Origin: Yuukianura sp. NJ FZ-2021
Taxonomy: Eukaryota
Length of the DNA: 64,000 bases
Direction of reading: 5' to 3'
Assembly: GCA_046563655.1 (NCBI GenBank)
Contig: CM102289.1
Location: forward strand, 5,208,001 to 5,272,000
Part shown: piece by piece, positions 54,262 through 64,000 of the stretch
Layout: each line of letters begins with the position of its first letter
How positions within the stretch are numbered: position 1 is the stretch's first letter
The notes under the pieces: generated by a model
What the model saw: only the letters and a program-made list of their open reading frames with translations
Databases searched by the model: none
What the model was told of the DNA's origin: nothing
Made by a program: the position numbers and the translations under genes

Positions 54262-54615
54262 TTCAAAATCAACGGACTGGAGTACAAAGGGTCAGAAGTG
54301 AATTTGGATCACCAGGAGAAAGTTGACCCTCTTTTCGCCATGCGGACGAATTGGCATCTCCAGCCGACGCTTAATTTTACAGACCTCAAGAAGAGCCCAT
54401 TGCTGCTGGAAGACCGGAAGGACGGAGCCGACTCCCGCGGACACCCGGTAGCTGCTCCCCATCCAATGCCTTGGTCAACCATCGCTTTTACTGTCGTTGT
54501 TATTGCTCTGGCCGCGATCATCATTGGATGCTATTTCCGGAAAGCAGTAAGAGTGTCCGTCGTCGCAACACCGATCAAGCCATTTGAAGAGAGCGAGATG
54601 AAAACCAAGGATTAA
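54262..54615 (+). pseudogene. C-terminal fragment of a second env-like glycoprotein with TM anchor
   Basis: KINGL...NWHLQPTLNFTDL parallels KIDVML...TWDLGSPRLNLTEV of the upstream env fragment. It is followed by the TM segment TIAFTVVVIALAAIIIGCYF and a short tail. The stop overlaps a polypurine tract. Confidence 0.65.
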
Positions 54616-55015
54616 GGGAAGGTGTTAGAAAACTAGATTTGACTAGTTTTAGTTTTTCTCTACCTATTCCTTTGTATTCATGCTCTATTTTCTCTATCTA
54701 TTTTCAAGCTCTGTCCTTGTACTGTGAACCGGTCAACTGGCCATCTGTGAGTAAGAGGGCACAGTATTTTTCCTATTGATTAGGTCCCTTAGCAACTGGC
54801 CAAGGGATGCTAGCTTAAGTTCAACTTAAGCGTCAGTTCTATTTCGTTATGTTGTTATCATCGACGTTGAAGACGACCATCTCCAACGTGTCAACAGAAA
54901 CTCGGAAGATGAGTTTTAGGTTAGATTAGATTAGTAAAATACAAAGTTGCAAATTTTCCAAAATTCGCGAATTGATACAAAGTAAAACGTCGCAGGGTAG
55001 CAACTAAAAGTAACA
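54614..55015 (+). mobile_element. Polypurine tract plus putative 3' LTR
   Basis: AAGGGAAGG (54614-54622) is immediately followed by TGTTAG (54623). The candidate inverted end TAACA is at 55011-55015 (~393 bp). No partner LTR found in the window. Confidence 0.65.
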
Positions 55016-55426
55016 TCTATAAATATAGGCTGCAAGTGTGCAGCTCTTGGATCATTTCCTTCAGTTAAAGATTTTGTTATATTTTTAAGTAATAGTTCGA
55101 ATAGACTCTAAATTTTTCACACAATTTCCTTCTTCTTCTTCTTGAAAAATAAAAATTCTAAAATCCAGCTTTGCTGCTCTACTCCGCCACTTCTCTCTTC
55201 GCTTCTCTTCAACCAAGGGATCACTCGGGAACCACTTCGACGACTGGAGGCCCCTTCAACGATTACAAACGAGCAAAAAGCCAAGGTACAAACAATACAT
55301 AAACAATTAGTCAGTAGCATCGACAGGAAGGGACTGGGAAGGGTACAGGGCCTGTCGGTTCCTGGACGGGTTTTACAAGTCAGAAGGTTAGGGTTCCCGC
55401 CCCCGGATTTATCTTCGTGTTCCCAG

Positions 55427-55950
55427 CACCTCCGACGCGGGCAGTTGCGACTGACCCAAGGAGGTGGGGTTCACAGCTAAGTGGGCCCTTTGTGGTTTTC
55501 ATAGGTCCCCTTTTCAGTACCATTTTGCGCCGTCGCTCAAAGGGACAGTTGCGACTGACCCGAAGACGGTGGAGTCGGTCTGAAACCGGATTCGCGATTT
55601 TCTCATTTTTAATGTCTGCTTCTTCTTCCGAAATTCTCTCTCGTATTTTTCTCCATTTAACTAGGAAAACTCAATTAGGCCTTTTTAGCGCCACATGACC
55701 ACGCTCCTTTGCTAAGCGGTCAATCGGGTAGGGTACTTACTAGAAGTGGCCCCTTGACCCGGTAGGCCCTTACAGTCCGACTGGCCTCTATGAAGGGTCC
55801 CTTTAACTGACCGCCAACGAAGCAAAGAAAAAACCTCGGCCCCCAATCAAGTAGGGCTTTTTAGCGCCCCATGACCTCATTCCTACGCTAAGCGGCCTCA
55901 GACGTACGGCTCTTATTCGAAATAAGGCCCCTTGACCTCTGTGGGCCTTA
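55427..55950. repeat. Two pairs of diverged GC-rich hairpin repeats
   Basis: CAGTTGCGACTGACCC core at 55427-55466 and 55530-55569. A ~97-bp unit at ~55677-55772 and ~55853-55950. Confidence 0.8.
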
Positions 55951-56027
55951 TGGTACAATGGGTAGGTTTAGCATGGACGCCTAATAATGTTACTTTCAAC
56001 TGTTTTTTTTTTCAATTTGATTAGTTC

Positions 56028-56114
56028 TTGAACCAGTTAGTTGTTCTATTTAACCAGTTGCCTCTTGACCAAACTGGTTTTGAACCATTTCATTTAAACC
56101 AATGGCATGCTCCC
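56028..56114. mobile_element. Single arm of a foldback/MULE-like MITE
   Basis: An array of TT(G/T)AACCA units ends in AATGGCATGCTCCC. Its reverse complement GGGAGCATGCCATTG matches the 9513 terminus GGTAGCACGCCATTG at 13/15 positions. Confidence 0.6.
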
Positions 56115-56237
56115 AACGGCACGATGTCTACTTGTTTAGTTACTGCCTGTTGTAAATATTTACAAATTGAACAGAACCAGTGGCGAAGTTTCATGTACTT
56201 TAGCGATTAATTCACATAATTAATTAAGAGCTTTAAA

Positions 56238-58380
56238 TTAAAGTTTTTGTTTCTTTTTAGACCATTTTCGAATAACTTTGACAGTAACACTGTGCCAAGA
56301 ATTTACCAAAACACCCATCATGTTCCAAATCGATTCAATTTCCTTCGGCTGGGAATTGTAGTTGTTGTCAAAAGCTCTACAAGACAGCACCACTTCCGTT
56401 GCATTCTTTTCAACAAAAACTTTCACCTAGAATTTCAAAAGAAAAAATTAGAAAAAAATTTCATAATGTTTTGTGATATATCATGTGACCTATACCTGCC
56501 AAATTACCCAAGCCCATGCCACCCTCTTGTCTTCTTTCTGAACAATTTCTGCCTCCGTCCAACTTAATCCTCCGTTAACCGTGACATCTACTCGTCTAAT
56601 TCCATTTCCACCACCACTGAAAGCATAACCTTTGACCTCAATGGCCCTTTCAAGGTCAAAGGTCACCGTGTCTCCATCAGTCGGCACTAGAATGGCCGAT
56701 TGGACATTAGTGTAGAGGAGACTAGGAGCCGAGGAGTAGTCGATGTTGTTCCAGTTGTACTTGGGATGGTAAAATCTGTACATCCTCTGTTCCCAAACGC
56801 TGTCCACTTCAACTGTACTCAGGCTGATTCGGGTCAAAAATTTGACACTTTTGAATCCCGCCATTCCAGGAACAATCACTCTAACCGGGTAACCATGGTC
56901 AGGAGGCAGGAGGTCACCGTTCATTTCGTACGCTAAGAGCAACTGAGCGGCGGGATTCAGGCCGATCTCTGCTGGCACTGAAGCTCCAAAGCTCATGATT
57001 CCCGCGGGATCTTGGTCAGCGCCTTCGAAATCCAAGAATTTGAATTTTTCCGTGTCTAATTCTATTCCCGCCCTAGCTTGCGTTCCCGCTCCAGCCAAAA
57101 GTCCGAAATAGGCGAGAACGTCAGTGAGAAAAACCCCACCCCAAGTGGCCGTGCTAATTGCCGTGTGCTTGTAAGCTACCCCATGGGTGACTTTTATCTG
57201 AAATGAGAATACAATTTTTTAAACAATTTTATTTTATATGCATTTAATTAAATTGAAAGTCTTATTATTATTATCAATCATCGGTTGACCTTATTCATTT
57301 CTGTACGTCTGTTTCCTGCACACTGGAGCGTTACGTTGACCACGCGCTTTTTAAATTTCGTCTTCAAGTCATCCATAGTCAACACAATTGGCTTGTCGAG
57401 TCCAAATCCATCAATTGTTATTGTATGATCGTCCCAATTGAGTTGAGGTACAACAAGGTGTAACCTTACGAAGTGGTAATCACTACAAAAACATAACATA
57501 ATGTTTTTTGTGTTATATTTTCCTAATTGTATTATTCATATCATTGCTTCTATTCTAATGTATTTCGAGCGTATATAGAAAATTCTGATCGTCAAAATCC
57601 AAAAATTAGTCGTGCCCACGACGCGAGTAAATTTTTCGACCATTTTAAGTGCTTTACTTATCGAAACTATTACAATTAGTGGATGGAAGAAATTAAAAAT
57701 TTAGCTCAAAATTCAAAAAACAAATCAAATTTAAAATTTTCTACAAACTGTTAAGTTATTATATGTAACAGAAATCCCCATCATCCCTAAATCTACACCT
57801 CCGATATTTGGGAATACCTCAATAATCCCCACTACAAAGCTCGAAAAATTTAAATTGTACGAAACAACGGTACTCACACGGGCGTGATGAATGACTTGAC
57901 CAAGTCTTTTGAGTAGGCATTTGCATTGAATGGTTTGAGTGTTATGACATCCATGACCTTTGACCTCTCTGCGCCCTCTACCTGAAACGGGTCAGCGTTG
58001 TGCTTTTCCTCTTCCTTTCTGTCCTCCAGTGCCAGGTTGCCGATTCGGAGCGACTCCAGAACTCTGTAAACTCTGGCGTGTTTGTGCACCGGGAGAGCAT
58101 TCCAGAAGGGTTCAAGGTGTCCACCACCAGCGGCAAATATGTCACGTCCGCCTGGATGCTTGTCCACAAAGTCAGTCAAGTCATAAACTCCTGCTCTGTA
58201 TGATGTCCAGATCCGTTTTGACTTTGTCACGTGACGTTCCACCTCGGAGTTGGTGAAAGTTGGCAAACTGGGCACCTCGAAGTCACAACCACAGGAGGAG
58301 TCATCTTCTGTAAAATTATGACCAAGAGTTTCAAAAATTCCAAATAGGAAAACTAAAATTAGCGATGGAAAAAATTTCAT
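56238..58380 (-). CDS. Sulfite oxidase family molybdo-heme enzyme (cytochrome b5 + Moco + dimerisation domains), divergent
   Basis: Exons 58380-57878, 57482-57290, 57197-56496, 56426-56238, phase-compatible. b5 heme motif FVDKHPGG...FWNALPVH. Mo-ligand LQCAGNRR. LAYEMNGDLLPPDHGYPVRVIVPG, VKGYAFSGGG, and C-terminal SQP...IWNMMGVLVNSWH. Confidence 0.95.
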
Positions 58381-58463
58381 TTTGAAAATAAATTGGAAAA
58401 GCCTTACAGTGCACAAAATGTTCAAGAACAATGAGAACCTTGTGCACTAAAGTCAAGGTCAAG

Positions 58464-58580
58464 GTCAATTTTTATAACTTCCTACATTACAACTAAATTA
58501 ATGCCACTTTAACTTAACTTTAAAATAGTTAAGTTAGTGGCATTAATTTAGTTGTAATGTAGGAAGTTATAAAAATTGAC
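58464..58580. repeat. Long palindrome containing the putative sulfite-oxidase TATA box
   Basis: Perfect 45-bp arms at 58464-58508 and 58536-58580, with further pairing inside. TATAAAAA on the minus strand at 58476-58469 and on the plus strand at 58568-58575. Confidence 0.9.
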
Positions 58581-60069
58581 TAATTAAACTTGTTAACTTA
58601 ACTAATTAAATTATTATGACATACAGTGCAATATGTTTTGGTGATACAGAAACTACAAAATGCACCTTGGTGACACGGATCTTAATTGGCAAATGAAAGC
58701 CTTTTGGAACAGCCTGCCCTTCTTTCTTCAAAGTTTTTGAAAAAAATATGCAAAATGGAGACTTTTGTGTGAAAACTGCGCTGAAATTAAGAAATGACTG
58801 GGTTAGGTTGGTTTTTTAGCCTAACGCATTAGGATTTCACCCTAAAGCGAAAGTGTACAGTGGAAGGAGAAATTGTAGCTCGAAGATAACCTAAAGGACA
58901 CGTAAAAAGCAAATGGAAACTAACCTCTTTGGTTACTAAAACCTCTTCCAGAAAATAATGATAAGATTGTCAGAATAAAAAATTGTGTCCATACCATCGC
59001 ATCTCTGTTCCATTTAATTTCAGTGGTGTAACGCCTTGGCGTCGCAGAACCCTCCAGAATGGCGTCAGCCCCACCCACTCTCTGCCTCGGATTTTGGTTA
59101 GATTATCGCTGTTGGGGCTATGAAACTGTCCGCTTTTAGTCAAAATTGTCAAACAAATGTTTTTCAATTTTTTTGCACTTTGTGTCATTTTCCAAACGTT
59201 TTTAGAACATTTGAAGTAGACCACTTTTTAACGTCAGAGTTCCCCTTTTTTTGAAATTCTGGATTCAAAAGCGTGTGTGAAACATGAAAAAAAAATTGAA
59301 AAAATTTTAACCAAAAAACGTTGAAAAAAGTTTCAGGACCCCAACAATTTAACTCGGATCTGCCTCCAAAAAAACTCATGCAGCAAACGCTGAAAACACA
59401 AAAACGCTACTCCGGAATACGCCACAATAAATACTGAATTGTAATGGCTACAACACACAACAGAACTCCTCAAAACCAGAATCCTCTCCGAAGCAAAGGC
59501 TGAAGGCGATAGCTCGTGGAAAACGAAGACACCAAAGGTCAAACAAACACGACAAATGTTGCAATGTTGATGTGGAGTTTGTTTGTCAACAAAAAATAAC
59601 CTATGGTCCTTGGCTAAACAGATGCTAATCCGCAGAGAGCAAAACATAAACTCCCTAACGAAACTGAACTACTGATGGCTGGACAAAATCGCATTCTGTG
59701 TCCGCAGAGAAACGAAACTTAAATTCTCCCAACTAACTTATGACCATTATGAAACCAGCATTAAAATTTGGATGTGTAAAAAAAGATTCACGAGAAGCTC
59801 TCCTCGCATCAACACATGATGAGGTCAAATCAGTCTTCTCAAAATTTCTATTCACAATGTTCAAAATTTTTTGAATCGAAAAATTACCCACATTAAATGC
59901 CTTATTAACGCCAACATTAACACCAACCAAACCTAACCAAACATAAAAAATTAAAGTTTTTAACTTAGTTATGGTTAAATGTGACAATGAAATAAAAAGT
60001 ATACCTATAACTAGTGCACCCTTATATTAATAACGATAAAGTACAATGTTGGATGTTGAACAAATCAAG

Positions 60070-60075
60070 TTTATT
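60070..60075 (-). terminator. Candidate polyadenylation signal of futsch
   Basis: First minus-strand AATAAA I could find downstream of the futsch stop; implies a ~2.4-kb 3' UTR. Confidence 0.35.
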
Positions 60076-62454
60076 AAGAGCTGCTCCACTTGTAATACTT
60101 TTTACACACTAAAATGTAGGCAATTCAAACAATAGTTTTAAATTTAATCATTATGGATCACACAAATTAACAACTAATTTTAAACAGAAGCCAAGTTGAA
60201 CATGAAAAGCTTCGAGCAGAAAGTTAGCTTGTTTTAATGTGTTTCCTGAAAAACATTTTTATACAGTTTTTACTACGGCCAACACCACTTTGTATTTCTT
60301 TGGTTTCCTGTAGCAGTCCTTTCACCATTTTCAACTTGACTTTTTAAAATTGCCCAACTCCGGTTTGAGTTTCCAAATTTTAACTCAATAACATCTTTCT
60401 AAAAGTGTACTAACGATAAGTTTTACTTCTAAACTGTTCATAAATTCCTTCTTAGGAAAGTAAATAAAGTTTACCAGTTGAACTAATTGGGAAAGCGACA
60501 GCCAGCGCAAGCGTTTTTGTTTTTTCTAACTTTTATGAAAACGTTCGAATTTAACATCGCTGTTTTAACATAAAGCGCTTAGACACCTATTGTAATTTTT
60601 TCTCAAACATTCACCATGTCCATATTTTTTAGACAAAAAGGCAATCGGTTCTTTCAGCACCACCACCACAGCAGCACTTTTCATCAAACACATAAACGCC
60701 AACATTAGCAAAGTGGTTACGTTTCCTTTTTCTACTAAAATTCCAATTCAGTTTTTAGCCATTTTTGCTTGTAGCTATTAAGTACGTTAGAAGCTTTTCT
60801 TTTTTTAAGTTAAATTTGAAATTTTAGAAGTTATTTTTTAGATCAATTCTAAATGACGAACTCAACGTCTTTTTTCAAGTTTTTCTGAATCATTTCTTTC
60901 TTTGAGTGCAGCAGCATCGACTATCATTTTTCTCTTTTCAAGTTACGTTAGGTTAGGGTATCTACCTAACCCAACCAAAAGCCTTTCTCTTCTCACTTTT
61001 AAAATTTCATTTTTAAATTTAGAATTTTTTACGTTATAAATTATAAGTTAAGCTCAACCAATTAATTCTCTCAAGTTTTTCCACAAGGCTTGAGCATATC
61101 TTTCTACCATTGCCAATTCTTGTCTAATTTAAGTAAATGAAAAATTAACTTTATAATATTTCTATCTTCTAAACCTCATTAAGGTTTAGGAACTTAAAAT
61201 AGGTTTCTAAAAACTTTGAAAATTAAAAACAAAGTTTTTTTTTTACACTTTTGATAGTCGCTAACGCATTCTCCAATTTTTTTAAACAAAAAATTATCGT
61301 ATGTGGTAACATTATTAGGTCAATCAACCTAATTGACCAAACATATCTCACAAAAGAAACCTAAAACTTTATGTATGTCAAACCATAATCTTTAAATTTA
61401 AAAAAAGTAAAAATGGACAAACAAAATTGGAATTAAATTTTGGAAGAAACATAAACGGTGGGCAGTAGTTTTAGTTTTACGTAGTCAACGTATTAGGTTT
61501 AGTCAGGCTAGACTATCCAACCTCACTACTGTTAGACTAAATACGACTATAACTACCAAAGTGCTAATTAGTAAACGCGCTTAATTTCAATTTCATTGCT
61601 TTGGACGAAAAGACTTTTGATTTTTTTTAAGAAAGCAGTTTTTAAGTATATTTTCGGTGTGATCCTGTCTTTCCTTCCTCATGTGCCCAATTGGTTAAGG
61701 ATTTCATTTCTTCAGTCAATTTTTTTCAGAAATGCTTTTTAGGTCATCATCAGTTCCTCGTTTTGTGTCACTTTTCGAACGCTTTACGAGATCACAGAGA
61801 AAGGACAAAAGGAATTCAAGAAGAAGTGTTTGTAAAGCACAGAGAGATTTTTTGGAAATTAGAAATTTTTAACAATTTTTAAGCTAAAAATTTCTAGCAA
61901 CTAAAATTAAAAATTTCTCTCTACTTAGCTTAAATCTAAAACTAAGTAATTACTTTTTAGCTTTAGTTTTCCTAACATTTAACTTCTAATTTTCTCTAAG
62001 AAAACTTTTTTGTCACTAACAAATCAAAAGTCGTGTAAAATTTGAAAAGTGGAAATTAAAAGTGCTTGTAAGCTTTTTCTTTAAAGTCGAATGATGTGTA
62101 AATTACAAATGAACATTTTGCAACATTTTTAAGAGTAGATTTTGAAGTTGACTTTCTCCAAAGCAGAAACTCTGTTGAAGTGGCATGTGTATTTTTCTTG
62201 AAATTTTTTGAAGTTTCTTTGAAATCTTATCTATCACTGTATTGTGAGTGACAGATTTCGTAATAAGCCTTAAAAAGGCCCTCAACCAGGAAGTGAAAGT
62301 AGGTTTGTGAGGATTAGGTTTTTGCTTTTAGGATCGATAAAAGCCTATGATCCTACTAACAAAAAGGGGTTTAGGATAGTTAGGTTATGTTGGAGAGAAA
62401 GTAGGTTTTCTATTAGGTTGGAAAACGTTAGGCTAGACTTAGTTTCCGTAGTTT

Positions 62455-64000
62455 CTAAAACTCGAGTCTGTAGGCAGAGCATGAAGTTTCATGATCCTGA
62501 AGGTTGATGGTACAGCGTGAAGCAGAGGGAGCCAGATCAATACGCCCTTCGGCAAGGGCAACTTCCGAATCCACAACCCAGTAACCCAGAGTGTCCGTGT
62601 CATAGGTCGGCACGATCGTTACCTCTGCAAATACAAGTGCATTTGAGGCTAGGTTAGAGTAAAATTGTAAGAAAAAAAAATAGATTAGACTTTACCTAAA
62701 TTCTTGTCTTCCCACTCTTGTTTTCCTTGCAGTAGTCCATCAAAGACCTCGCGACTGGGTTCCAATCCACTAAAAACGTAGTAGCGTGATCGAATCAGTC
62801 GAAAGAATTCAGAATCCGAGTAATTGGAATTTCCATGATGAGGAACATATGCCAAATCCACATAAATCGGTTTCAAATTTTTCCCTTTGCTGACCGACCG
62901 TGCTTTCGGTTTTCCTTTACCGCCGGCTTGTGAACCGGATTTTGGAGTAGATGGCGTTTTTCCGGAAGATCGACCATCTTTACGTGGCGTCAGTCTACCG
63001 TCAACTCCGCTTTCCTTCTCCAGCGTGACGTCATCCGGAGGAATGCCGGGCAGCCCAAGTGGTTTCCCCCACTTTTTCAAAATGTCTTCATCTTCGGCAG
63101 GTAGCGCAGAAGCTGAATCGGAAGTGCCTGGCTTTTGAGATGATGTACCGGTAGATGTGGCAGAAACCTGACTGCTTCCGAGTCCACCGCTGGTAACAAC
63201 TGTTGAGCTTTTGGATTCAGACGAGTCGTCACCTACTTTGGTTGTGGTAGTAGTTGTAGTTTTTGACTCAATGACAAACGTGCCAGACAATTTTGAAAAT
63301 CCCTCGGGTAAATTTGAAAACGCTTCGAGGCTCGGCATGGCACCGGCGTCACTCATGGTCACAAACGTTTTCGTTTCTGCCGGTTCGCTTCCGCCTTGGC
63401 TTGTGAAAGTTCTTGTTTCTGTCACTACAGTTCCTCCCGGTATCAATTTGAATCCTTCCGGTATCTGCGAAAATGCTTCTAAACCTGAGGTACCACTGCC
63501 GTCACTTCGAATTGTGAAAGTCTCTGTTTTGCCAGCTTCAGTTCCACCTTGGGTCGTAATTGTTTTTGTTTCTGTAATTACTGTTCCTCCCGGTATCGGT
63601 TTAAATCCTTCCGGTAACTGTGAAAATGCATCTAAACCGCCACTTCCGTCACTTCGCATCGTAAAAATTTCAGTTTTACCCGGCAACTGTGAAAATTCTT
63701 CAAAACTTGGTAAACCGCTGCTTCTGGTCAAAACAGTTTTTGTTTCTACCGGTTCGTCACCGACTTTTGTTGTCGTCGTCACTGTTTCCGTTACGGTTCC
63801 GGACTGCTGGGAAATCGTTTCCTGAAATTGTGAAAACGCTTCGGATTTTGAAAATCCGCTGTCAGCTCCATCTTTCGACAAAATGCCAATTTTTTCTGTT
63901 GATTTATCTTCATCTTTTGATGAAAATATGCCGGATCCCGCTAATTTTGAAAACATCTCAGGAATTTCAGAAGACGCAGAGAAGGAAGGTTGTCCAGCGT
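62455..64000 (-). CDS. futsch: Futsch / MAP1B-like microtubule-associated protein, 3' part (runs off window end)
   Basis: Large exon >64000-62696 ends WGKPLGLP...PIYVDLAYVPHHGNSNYSDSEFFRLIRSRYYVFSGLEPSREVFDGLLQGKQEWEDKNL. The last exon 62624-62455 reads EVTIVPTYDTDTLGYWV...DLAPSASRCTINLQDHETSCSAYRLEF*, the conserved MAP1/Futsch C-terminus. Confidence 0.96.

Noticed and set aside
55117..55698. ORFs of 67-112 aa on both strands as a gag or accessory gene
   Set aside because: No zinc knuckle or capsid motif; the ORFs overlap structured repeats and likely reflect high GC.
59333..59987. Minus-strand ORFs between sulfite oxidase and futsch
   Set aside because: No recognisable domain or consistent exon chain.
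62887..63825. Plus-strand 83-aa and 204-aa ORFs
   Set aside because: Antisense shadows of the repetitive futsch exon.

Overview
AT-rich eukaryotic (arthropod, probably hexapod) genomic DNA with short GT-AG introns, so most six-frame ORFs are single exons or noise. Host genes reconstructed by hand: a Dpr-family two-Ig cell-surface protein (+, identified exons 22155-24427; the first ~22 kb is probably its 5' introns/regulatory DNA), a ZAD-like + 2xC2H2 zinc-finger gene (-, 30334-31450), a MyTH4-FERM unconventional myosin most like class XXII (-, 32366-40377), two tandem gustatory-receptor-family genes (+, 43181-44522 and a frameshifted 45607-47010), a divergent sulfite-oxidase-family molybdoenzyme (-, 56238-58380) and the 3' end of futsch/MAP1B (-, 62455 to window end). 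Between the receptors and the sulfite oxidase lies a ~8.6-kb nest of mobile DNA (47.5-56.1 kb): an internally deleted pogo-type element, a decayed IS630-Tc1/mariner transposase, a solo LTR, two paralogous baculovirus-F/errantivirus-type envelope fragments, a PPT + 3' LTR, a small spliced tandem-chromodomain gene with an H3-tail-like N-terminus, and repeated GGTCA-containing hairpins. Non-autonomous elements with clear TIRs/TSDs occur at 9513-9760 and 28879-29653. The most interesting observations are the sulfite oxidase homolog with a secretion-type leader and a nitrate-reductase-like active-site change, and the chromodomain cassette embedded between env fragments. All family assignments rest on motif recognition; no database search was run.
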